From the IMG/VR virus record IMGVR_UViG_3300045988_048147, positions 1 to 33,237 of that record: a DNA stretch of 33,237 nucleotides; one strand, 5' to 3'. Of the stretch, positions 1 to 6,946 are shown in pieces; position 1 is the stretch's first letter, and every line of letters begins with the position of its first letter. Origin of the DNA: a virus. The notes beneath the pieces are model-generated. The model worked only from the letters and a program-made list of their open reading frames with translations. It did not search any database and had not been told where the DNA came from. Position numbers and translations under genes: made by a program.

Positions 1-99
1 CGGCACAGCATTTATCTGTTGCGAGGACTATATTCCAGATGTCCTAAACAAGTACGAGGTCGACCCCTCCACGGTCTGCCAGTACACCGGTCTGACCGA
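1..99. repeat. Terminal direct repeat, copy 1 (identical to 33139-33237); overlap of a circularly closed or terminally redundant assembly
   Basis: Base-by-base comparison: cggcacagcatttatctgttgcgagg...ccggtctgaccga occurs at both ends of the window. Confidence 0.9.
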
Positions 100-313
100 C
101 AAGAACGGGAAGAAGATTTTTGATGGGGATGTTGTAAGACGAGAAACCGATTACTACGGAAAGCATAAAGTTTATGACGAACCAGTTGTATGGGAAGATG
201 ACATAGAAAAGGGTTTTTTGGGAGAACCGTACACAAGCGGATATTGCATTCACGGCGGTAATTGGGAAGTCATCGGTTCCATCCACGACGGGGAGGGGGG
301 CAATCATGCTTAA
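2..313 (+). CDS. yopX: YopX-family protein, C-terminal part; N-terminal part is at 33062-33237 and the frame continues through the 99-bp overlap
   Basis: Open frame from position 2 to TAA 311-313. The joined translation MREILFKAKRLDNGEWVEG...VCQYTGLTDKNGKKIFDGDVV...NWEVIGSIHDGEG carries the YopX hallmarks QYTGL.DKNGK.I..GD and EVIG.I. Confidence 0.85.
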   Translation, partial: GTAFICCEDYIPDVLNKYEVDPSTVCQYTGLTDKNGKKIFDGDVVRRETDYYGKHKVYDEPVVWEDDIEKGFLGEPYTSGYCIHGGNWEVIGSIHDGEGGNHA

Positions 314-545
314 GCTAAAGAACTGCCCGCATTGCGGCGGAGAAGTAATGCTCTGTAGATTGAATACTATGGTTTCTGTTGCAGAGTTTTCTGTCGTATG
401 CACAGAGTGCGGACTAGAAACGCGCATTTATGCAAACCCGATGGCGAATTGCTGCTTTGATATGGGCGAAGCGGTCAGGAGCATCACCGAAAAATGGAAC
501 AGGCGAGACGGGGAGGGCGGGCAGCATGAGGGAGGTAGACAATGA
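306..545 (+). CDS. Lar-family zinc-ribbon protein (restriction-alleviation family), paralogue 1
   Basis: 79 aa with CPHCGG...CTECG...AVRSITEKWNRR, i.e. two CxxC pairs followed by WNRR. Start overlaps the yopX stop. Confidence 0.7.
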   Translation: MLKLKNCPHCGGEVMLCRLNTMVSVAEFSVVCTECGLETRIYANPMANCCFDMGEAVRSITEKWNRRDGEGGQHEGGRQ

Positions 546-721
546 CCGAAACCGAAGTGATCTCTATTGATCGTCACGGCCAGCGGAAGGAGTATCCGTC
601 GATCAAATCTGCAGCAGAGGATGTTGGTGTTCGCCCTTGCCGGATTTCTACCGCCTGTGTTACCGCCCACCGCTGCGCGGGACGGTATTGGATCAAGAAG
701 GAGGATATGGATGGTTCGTAG
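542..721 (+). CDS. 59-aa NUMOD1/IENR-like DNA-binding mini-protein, paralogue A
   Basis: Below the ORF-track size cutoff. ATGA overlap with the Lar stop. Translation MTETEVISIDRHGQRKEYPSIKSAAEDVGVRPCRISTACVTAHRCAGRYWIKKEDMDGS shares EYPS.K.AAE..GV....IS.AC.T..RCAG..W with ORF 937-1116. Confidence 0.6.
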   Translation: MTETEVISIDRHGQRKEYPSIKSAAEDVGVRPCRISTACVTAHRCAGRYWIKKEDMDGS

Positions 722-947
722 ATACCATTTCCCGGGCGATATGTACTCCGACGCACAGTGGGAATGGGTAGCCGCCAAACGCGCAGAGGGGTACTCCATG
801 CGGCAGCTATCAACTTTCTTGGGGCTTAACACGGATGCGATTTTAACGGCGTTGCGGGTCCGAGGATTAGCACCGCAGGAAAGACCGACAGAGCCGCTTA
901 ACAGAGACGAGTTTAACGCATTGGCGGAGGTGGACGATGCCAGCTAA
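711..947 (+). CDS. Small putative HTH protein (78 aa)
   Basis: Internal ATG of track ORF 567-947, preceded by AAGGAGG (696-704). EGYSMRQLSTFLGLNTDAILTAL looks like a helix-turn-helix. Confidence 0.5.
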   Translation: MVRRYHFPGDMYSDAQWEWVAAKRAEGYSMRQLSTFLGLNTDAILTALRVRGLAPQERPTEPLNRDEFNALAEVDDAS

Positions 948-1116
948 GCCGGTGGTATCTGTCAGCAATGATGGGACCGTTACTGAATACCCGTCTGAAA
1001 AAGCCGCCGCAGAGGCCCTTGGAGTTGCCAGGAGTCAAATATCCGTGGCCTGCAATACATCTTGGCGATGCGCCGGCATGAAGTGGTACAGGAAAGGAGA
1101 GATGCCCGGTGAATGA
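937..1116 (+). CDS. 59-aa NUMOD1/IENR-like DNA-binding mini-protein, paralogue B
   Basis: MPAKPVVSVSNDGTVTEYPSEKAAAEALGVARSQISVACNTSWRCAGMKWYRKGEMPGE. Same length and motif spacing as 542-721. Confidence 0.6.
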   Translation: MPAKPVVSVSNDGTVTEYPSEKAAAEALGVARSQISVACNTSWRCAGMKWYRKGEMPGE

Positions 1117-1354
1117 GTTCCCGGAACGGCTTAGGCGGTTAAGGGAAAGAAACAGGCTGAGCAGATACAAGCTTTCCGAGCTGTGCGGGATATCGTCTGA
1201 CCAAATCAGAAGGTATGAACTTGGGAACAGAAAACCAGGGACGGACGCTCTGGAGGCAATAGCTGATTATTTTGAAGTGTCAACAGATTACTTACTTGGA
1301 CGAACAGACTATCCATGCGTAGTTAAACCTTTATCGTCTCATAAGAAAATTTGA
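1109..1354 (+). CDS. XRE-family helix-turn-helix transcriptional regulator
   Basis: GTG start 7 nt after GGAAAGGAGAG. RLRRLRERNRLSRYKLSELCGISSDQIRRYELGNRKP...LEAIADYFEVSTDYLLGRTD is a typical HTH_3 pattern. Confidence 0.85.
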   Translation: MNEFPERLRRLRERNRLSRYKLSELCGISSDQIRRYELGNRKPGTDALEAIADYFEVSTDYLLGRTDYPCVVKPLSSHKKI

Positions 1355-1400
1355 AAATTCCTCCTTTTTGAGGAATTGCCAGTTGAACTTATGCGACAAT

Positions 1401-1440
1401 GGAGCATGAGGGAGTAACTTCCCCATGCTCCTTCTTTTTT
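1401..1440 (+). terminator. Rho-independent terminator closing the early/accessory operon
   Basis: Stem GGAGCATG(A)GGG / CCCCATGCTCC with an 8-nt loop, followed by TTCTTTTTT. Confidence 0.75.
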
Positions 1441-1857
1441 CCTCCCCTTTCGGGCTGTGACCAACCACGGCCCAAAGGACAACCCACTCCCCCGGCAGGG
1501 TATCTAGTAAGCAGATATTAAACGGAAAGGAGAGCCTCTCTTGTACGTTTCCTGCCGGGGGACTCCCTTCACGTTAACCCGCTCCAGAGTTTCGCAATCG
1601 AAGCCGACATGCGGAGCAGATAACGACTGAGCGGTGGCGGAATAAGGTAGACGCAAGTGGTTCAGGCATGAGAACCCCGTAGAGTGTGCGCACGCGAAGC
1701 GGAAAAGATGCCATGTGAGGTGCAAATCCTCACCCGCTCAAATATGCCGCCCAGCAGTTGCAGGAGACGGGGGCGGAAAGATCAATATTGAGGGGTTACG
1801 CATGGCGGGGTGATCTCCCGCCGCCTCTCCTGACATATACGAAAGGAGAACCCTCAA
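1441..1857 (+). other. Gene-free, GC-rich, hairpin-dense region; candidate structured RNA or regulatory leader of the rha/late operon
   Basis: No plausible ORF in either strand. Hairpins at 1446-1478, 1489-1561 (11-bp closing stem CCCCCGGCAGG/CCTGCCGGGGG) and 1803-1822. Long-range pairing of 1628-1636 with 1730-1739 encloses three smaller hairpins. Confidence 0.4.
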
Positions 1858-2511
1858 ATGAAAGAACTTCTGGTATTCAATTCAAACGGCAAGAATGTTG
1901 TGGACAGCCGGGATGTGGCTGAGATGACTGGGAAACGGCATGACCACCTTATCCGGGATATTGCAGGATACGCCAAAATTCTGTCTGAAAATACTCACCC
2001 CAAATCTGGGGGCAGTGAAGCTGAGCGCAAAATTGCGCCTAGTGATTTCTTCATTCCGCATGTGTATCAAGACAGTACGGGTAGAACACTTCCCTGCTAT
2101 CTTCTCACAAAGAAGGGCTGCGACATGGTTGCAAACAAGATGACCGGGGAAAAGGGCGTCTTGTTCACTGCGGCTTATGTGACGGCTTTTGAAAGAATGC
2201 GGGAGAAGATCACCAGTGAAAATGCTGTCCTTCCGAGAGATTATCCATCTGCGCTTCGGGCGCTTGCGGATGCAGAAGAAAAGCGCATGGCCCTTGAGAC
2301 AGAACTAGATAGGAGCAAGGAATGGTATTCCATCAAGCGAGTGGCACATCTGAATGGAGTATCATATAAGGTTTTTGACTGGCGGAGGCTCAAGCTTGAG
2401 AGCCAACGGCAGGGCTATGGGGTTAAAAAGATTTTCGATGCCAATTATGGCGAAGTCAATACTTACCATGTGAACGTTTGGGAAACAGTTTACCCCAATA
2501 TGGAGCTTTGA
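1858..2511 (+). CDS. rha: Rha-family phage regulatory protein / antirepressor
   Basis: RBS AAAGGAGA. N-terminus ELLVFNSNGKNVVDSRDVAEMTGKRHDHLIRDI is the Rha (Phage_pRha) signature. The C-terminal half resembles KilA-C/ORF6C antirepressor domains. Confidence 0.8.
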   Translation: MKELLVFNSNGKNVVDSRDVAEMTGKRHDHLIRDIAGYAKILSENTHPKSGGSEAERKIAPSDFFIPHVYQDSTGRTLPCYLLTKKGCDMVANKMTGEKGVLFTAAYVTAFERMREKITSENAVLPRDYPSALRALADAEEKRMALETELDRSKEWYSIKRVAHLNGVSYKVFDWRRLKLESQRQGYGVKKIFDANYGEVNTYHVNVWETVYPNMEL

Positions 2512-2701
2512 TACAAGGGCGTGCCCGTCTCGCTGAAATGATGGGAGGGACGGGTACGGGGAATGTTTGATTGAGGTGGTGAGTCCATTGTGGCAAAAGG
2601 TAAGTATCAGAGGTGGCTGGAGCCAGACGGGCTCCTGCTTCTGGAAGGATGGGCTTGGGCCAGGCGCCTGGGCGTGTCAGATTCGGACACGGAGGGAGAT
2701 C

Positions 2702-2956
2702 ATGGGCTTTGACTATACCAGCAGGCGCTGGGAACATAAGCGGGCGGCCATCCTCCGCAGAGACGGATACCGCTGCGTGTGGTGCCGGCGCTACGGACGC
2801 AACCGCCCGGCGGTGGTGGTCCATCACATCAAGCACGTGGACGAGTATCCGGAGCTGGCCTACGAGGACAGCAACCTGGTGAGCCTGTGCCAGGGGTGTC
2901 ACAACAAGGCACACCCGGAGAAGGCACGGGCGGCAACGTACGGCCGCAGGTACTGA
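2702..2956 (+). CDS. Small HNH endonuclease, packaging-associated type, adjacent to the terminase
   Basis: RBS GGAGGGA. CVWCRR...VVHHIKHV...NLVSLCQGCHNKAH. Start is the internal ATG of track ORF 2567-2956. Confidence 0.85.
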   Translation: MGFDYTSRRWEHKRAAILRRDGYRCVWCRRYGRNRPAVVVHHIKHVDEYPELAYEDSNLVSLCQGCHNKAHPEKARAATYGRRY

Positions 2957-2966
2957 TCCCCCCCAC

Positions 2967-2994
2967 CCAAGGCCCCCCAGCCGGGGGCCCTTGG
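2967..2994. repeat. GC-rich imperfect palindrome between HNH and terS; candidate cos-region element
   Basis: CCAAGGCCCCCC-AGCC-GGGGGCCCTTGG: 12-bp arms with one mismatch. In cos phages the cos site usually lies between HNH and terS. Confidence 0.35.
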
Positions 2995-3063
2995 AGACCG
3001 GTGGGTGGAACTTTTTCCAATAGAGCCCCCGTATGAGACTTTTTCGGGGAGGAGGCGAGGCTT

Positions 3064-3420
3064 TTGGGGCGAATTGCAATCACGCGTGAAACCATTAAGG
3101 CGCAAACCGTGACGGCCATGAAAAAGATGGGTACTTTTTCCCCAGAATATGAGCCGATAATCGATATTTACGCCGGATTGCGAGAGCAATATTACCGGCT
3201 TAACACGGAGTATGTGGACGGAAAAAGCTACCATTACGCGACCCCGACAGCGGACGGCGGCGCCAAAAAATCCCCTCTCTCCATGACCATTGAGAGCCTG
3301 CGCAAGGACATCCTGCTGTACTCCGACCGGCTGATGCTCAACCCCAAGTCCCGGGCCGACGCCGGAAAGGGAAAGCCCAAGAAATCCAGGCTGGCGGAGG
3401 CGCTGAAGGATGGCCCGTAA
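3064..3420 (+). CDS. terS: Terminase small subunit (P27-like)
   Basis: TTG start 7 nt after GGGGAGGAGG. Sits immediately upstream of and overlapping terL. The basic C-terminal [16 protein letters not shown] is typical of the family. Confidence 0.65.
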   Translation: MGRIAITRETIKAQTVTAMKKMGTFSPEYEPIIDIYAGLREQYYRLNTEYVDGKSYHYATPTADGGAKKSPLSMTIESLRKDILLYSDRLMLNPKSRADAGKGKPKKSRLAEALKDGP

Positions 3421-5146
3421 AAAGGCGGAGCGTTTCCCCAACTGGGCGACGGTCATGGAGTATGTGGACTCCATCCTAGAGGGGCGGAAGATCGCCTGCC
3501 AGGAGCTGATCCAGGCGTGCCAGAGGTTCAAACGGGATCTGGATGACCCAACCTGGGACTTCCGACCTAGGGATGCGGAGTTTGTAATCCGGATCATCGA
3601 GACCACCTTCGTCCACCAGCAGGGAGAGCGCCTGGACGGGACCCCGCTGCGGGGGCAGCCGTTCCTACTGGAGCCATTCCATAAGTTCATCGTGTACAAC
3701 CTTCTGGGATTCTTTCTGACGGGGACCAAGGAGCGGCGGTACAAGGAGGCCCTGATCTATATCCCCCGGAAAAATATCAAGACGTCGTTTGCTGCGGCGC
3801 TGGCCTGGGGCCTGGCGCTGCTGAACCGGCGGAGCGGGTCCAAGGTCTACATTGTGGCTGCGGCCCTGAAGCAGAGCCTGGAGTCTTTCAACTTCATCAA
3901 TTTCAACTTGGAGCAGATGGGGGAGAAGGATAACTTCCGGGTGATCGACAACAACCAGGAGCACAGCATTCAAGGCGACCTGGGGGACGGGTCCATCTTC
4001 ATCCAGGCCCTGGCGGCCAACCCGGACCGCCAGGATTCCCTGAACTGCAACGTGGCTATCGCAGACGAAATGCACGCCTACAAGACCCCGAAGCAGTACA
4101 ACATCATCCGGGAGGCCATGAAGGCCTACACCAACAAGTTGATGATCGGCATCTCTACGGCCGGTGACAATGAGCAGGGCTTCCTGGGGCAGCGGCTGAA
4201 ATACTGCCGCAAGGTCCTGGACGGGACCATCAGGGATGACCAGTATTTTATCTTCATGTGCTGCGCACCAGAAGGCGTCAAGGACGGGACCGTGGACTTC
4301 ACGGATCCCAAGATCCAGGAGATGGCCAACCCGGCGTACGGTGTCAGCATCCGGCCGGCGGACATCCTCAACGATGCTCTGCAGGCGGTCAACGACCCGC
4401 AGCAGCGAAAGGACTTTTTCGCAAAATCGCTGAATGTCTACACCAACGCTATGCGGGCCTGGTTCGACATCGATGAGTTCCGCAAGAGCGATGCGGGCTA
4501 CGACTGGACGCTGGAGCAGCTGGCCAAGCTGCCCATTGACTGGTATGGAGGCGCGGACCTCTCCAAGCTCCACGACCTGACGGCGGCGGCCCTGTTCGGC
4601 CACTACAAGGATGTGGATATTATCATCACCCACGCATTTTTCCCGGTGGTGGCGGCCCATGTCAAGGCGGATCAGGATCAAATCCCGCTGTTCGGCTGGG
4701 CGGATGATGGATGGCTGACGCTGTGCAACTCCCCGACGGTCAATCACGCCGATGTGGTCAACTGGTTCATCGACATGCGGCGGCGGGGCTTCAAAATCCG
4801 CCAGGTGGGCCATGACCGGAAATTCTGCCGGGAATACTTCGTGGCGATGAAAAATGCCCGGTTCAAAATCATCGACCAGCCGCAGTATTACTACAAAAAG
4901 TCCGAGGGCTTCCGACATATCGAGGCAGCAGCCAAGAACGGGAATCTCTACTACCTCCACAGCGAGGCCTATGAATACTGCGTGGCCAATGTGACCGCCG
5001 TGGAAAAGACGGACGACATGGTCCAATATGACAAGATCCGGCCGGAGCAGCGGATCGACCTGTTTGACGCCTCCGTGTTCGCCTGTATCCGGTACCTGGA
5101 GAACATGGAGAAATCCCAGAAGGCAAAGGAGTGGCTTGGAAAGTGA
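3410..5146 (+). CDS. terL: Terminase large subunit
   Basis: 578 aa, Terminase_1-like. Contains IPRKNIKTS (Walker A-like), AIADEMHAY (Walker B-like) and a C-terminal nuclease-like region. Confidence 0.9.
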   Translation: MARKKAERFPNWATVMEYVDSILEGRKIACQELIQACQRFKRDLDDPTWDFRPRDAEFVIRIIETTFVHQQGERLDGTPLRGQPFLLEPFHKFIVYNLLGFFLTGTKERRYKEALIYIPRKNIKTSFAAALAWGLALLNRRSGSKVYIVAAALKQSLESFNFINFNLEQMGEKDNFRVIDNNQEHSIQGDLGDGSIFIQALAANPDRQDSLNCNVAIADEMHAYKTPKQYNIIREAMKAYTNKLMIGISTAGDNEQGFLGQRLKYCRKVLDGTIRDDQYFIFMCCAPEGVKDGTVDFTDPKIQEMANPAYGVSIRPADILNDALQAVNDPQQRKDFFAKSLNVYTNAMRAWFDIDEFRKSDAGYDWTLEQLAKLPIDWYGGADLSKLHDLTAAALFGHYKDVDIIITHAFFPVVAAHVKADQDQIPLFGWADDGWLTLCNSPTVNHADVVNWFIDMRRRGFKIRQVGHDRKFCREYFVAMKNARFKIIDQPQYYYKKSEGFRHIEAAAKNGNLYYLHSEAYEYCVANVTAVEKTDDMVQYDKIRPEQRIDLFDASVFACIRYLENMEKSQKAKEWLGK

Positions 5147-6330
5147 GTAAGAGACGGCGGGCGCGGCCGGCGCCCAGAGAGCGCCCTAAGCAGACCCGGA
5201 GCATGGCATGGCTGTGTGCCCCGGATACATACGACAGCCTTTGCTGCCAGGGCTATGTGAGCCTGGCGGCAAATCCGGAGATCTGCGCCGGTGTTGATAC
5301 CATCGCCCGGCTGGTGGGGTCCATGACCATCCACCTGATGGAGAACCGGGAGGACGGGGACGTCCGCATCCTCAATGAGCTGAGCCGCAAGATCGACATC
5401 GAGCCCAATGCCTACATGACACGAGCGGACTTCGTTCACTGGATTGTGCGGACCATGTACCTGGAGGGAAACGGCAACGCTGTGGTGTGGCCACGTACTC
5501 GTGCGGGCATCATCCAGGACCTGCAGCCCATCCCGTCGGCCTTTGTTGCATTTATCCCGGACGGCTGGGGCTACCGGGTAATCGTCAACGGCAAAGAGTA
5601 TGATCCGGACGACGTGCTCCACTTCGTTCTTAATCCGGATCCGTTGTATCCCTGGCTTGGGACGGGGTATCGGATCTCCCTGGCGGACGTGGCCCAGAAC
5701 TTAAAACAGGCAGCGACCACCCAGAAAGGGTTCATGGAATCCAAGTGGAAACCGTCCCTGATCGTCAAGGTGGATGCTCTGACGGAGGAATTTTCCAGCC
5801 CGGAGGGGCGCCGGGTACTGCTGGAGAGCTACATTGACACCGCCCGAGCCGGAGAGCCCTGGATGATCCCGGCGGAGCAGTTTGAGGTGGAGCAGGTGAA
5901 GCCCCTGACCCTGAGTGATCTGGCCCTGGACGCCATGGTGACGCTGGACAAGCGGACCGTGGCGGCGGTGCTGGGAATCCCGGCTTTCGTGCTGGGCGTG
6001 GGAGACTTCAATCGGGACGCCTGGAACAACTTCATCAACACAACGATCATGCCCCTGGCCCGGAACATGGAGCAGGAGCTGACGAAAAAGCTGCTGTATT
6101 CGCCCGGCTGGTTTTTCCGGTTCAACTCCTGGAGCCTGTTTTCCTACTCCATCAACGAGCTGGTGAGCGCCGGTGCGGAGATGGTGGACCGGATGGCCCT
6201 GCGGCGGAACGAGTGGCGCGGCTGGGTCAACCTGCCGCCGGATCCGGAGATGAACCAACTGCTGGCCCTGGAGAACTACATCCCTGTAGAAAAACTGGGA
6301 GACCAAAATAAACTCAACGGAGGTGAGTGA
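5131..6330 (+). CDS. Portal protein, HK97 family
   Basis: Position after terL and overall HK97-portal-like sequence ([22 protein letters not shown]...). Start uncertain: GTG 5131, GTG 5143 or ATG 5203. Confidence 0.85.
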   Translation: MAWKVSKRRRARPAPRERPKQTRSMAWLCAPDTYDSLCCQGYVSLAANPEICAGVDTIARLVGSMTIHLMENREDGDVRILNELSRKIDIEPNAYMTRADFVHWIVRTMYLEGNGNAVVWPRTRAGIIQDLQPIPSAFVAFIPDGWGYRVIVNGKEYDPDDVLHFVLNPDPLYPWLGTGYRISLADVAQNLKQAATTQKGFMESKWKPSLIVKVDALTEEFSSPEGRRVLLESYIDTARAGEPWMIPAEQFEVEQVKPLTLSDLALDAMVTLDKRTVAAVLGIPAFVLGVGDFNRDAWNNFINTTIMPLARNMEQELTKKLLYSPGWFFRFNSWSLFSYSINELVSAGAEMVDRMALRRNEWRGWVNLPPDPEMNQLLALENYIPVEKLGDQNKLNGGE

Positions 6331-6910
6331 GACGGAAAGACGGTTTTCAATCCCCCGGGACGGACAGTTCCGGACCCGGGCGGAGGACGGCAATCTCTAT
6401 ATTGAGGGATACTTCGCTGTCTACAATTCCCGCTATGACCTGTGGGATGGTGCCTATGAGACCATCGCCCCGGGCGCCTTTGACGGGGAGACGGAAGGCG
6501 ATGTCCGGGCCCTGACCAACCACGACACAACGCTGGTGCTGGGCAGGACCACGGCGGGGACCCTGACCCTGCGGACCGACGAGACGGGACTGTGGGGCTC
6601 CATCATCGTCAACCAGGCAGACCAGGACGCTATGAACCTGTACGAGCGGGTCAAGCGGGGTGACGTGTCCCAGTGCTCCTTCGGCTTTGACATCCTGGAC
6701 CAGGATGTGCAGTATCAGGACGGCGAACCCACGGTGTGGATCATCCGAAAGGTCCGGCTGTACGAGGTAAGCGTGGTGACCTTCCCGGCCTACACGGACA
6801 CCTCCGTAGAGGTCCGGCGCACTGAGTTCGCCGACCTGAAGAAGCGGCGCAGCGAGGCCTGGAAAGCCAAGACGCTGGCGAGACTGCGAGGCGTCCATGC
6901 GGATGCCTGA
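6323..6910 (+). CDS. Prohead maturation protease, HK97 family (S78/U35)
   Basis: GTG start overlapping the portal end. YIEGYFAVYN...LTNHD...LGR...EVSVVTFPAY pattern. Confidence 0.85.
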   Translation: MSETERRFSIPRDGQFRTRAEDGNLYIEGYFAVYNSRYDLWDGAYETIAPGAFDGETEGDVRALTNHDTTLVLGRTTAGTLTLRTDETGLWGSIIVNQADQDAMNLYERVKRGDVSQCSFGFDILDQDVQYQDGEPTVWIIRKVRLYEVSVVTFPAYTDTSVEVRRTEFADLKKRRSEAWKAKTLARLRGVHADA

Positions 6911-6946
6911 TAGACAACGATTTTTTGGAGCGAAAGGAGAAAAATC

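Noticed and set aside
567-947. 126-aa ORF starting at 567
   Set aside because: Its first 48 codons overlap the better-supported 542-721 gene in another frame and give a hydrophobic, Arg-rich nonsense-like peptide. The internal ATG at 711 has an AAGGAGG RBS.
1356-1377. Hairpin AATTCCTC-CTTTTT-GAGGAATT right after the XRE stop, as a terminator
   Set aside because: It has no downstream U-tract on the + strand. The adjacent hairpin at 1401-1440 has one and is the more likely terminator.
1504-1725. 73-aa minus-strand ORF, and short plus-strand ORFs (up to 27 aa), inside the non-coding block
   Set aside because: No RBS, an implausible Cys/His/Arg-rich composition, and an orientation opposite to all surrounding transcription.
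1441-1857. Known ribozyme or riboswitch cores: hammerhead CUGAUGA...GAAA, GEMM-I GGCAAACC/ACGCAAAGCC, ZTP, TPP CUGAGA and the cobalamin B12 box
   Set aside because: Only partial, non-collinear matches were found (for example CTGAGCG and CTGACATATACGAAAGG without a stem II). No class can be assigned by eye. The region is kept as an unclassified structured region.
3665-5026. Long antisense ORFs in the ORF track. Examples: 3665-5026 (453 aa), 7439-8584 (381 aa), 2899-3744, 4969-5622, 5701-6393, 13486-14172 and 16710-17324, all on the minus strand
   Set aside because: They lie entirely opposite well-supported terminase, portal, capsid or tail genes. Their composition is low-complexity and rich in Arg, Gly, Pro and Val. 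They have no RBS. These are typical shadow ORFs of GC-rich coding DNA.
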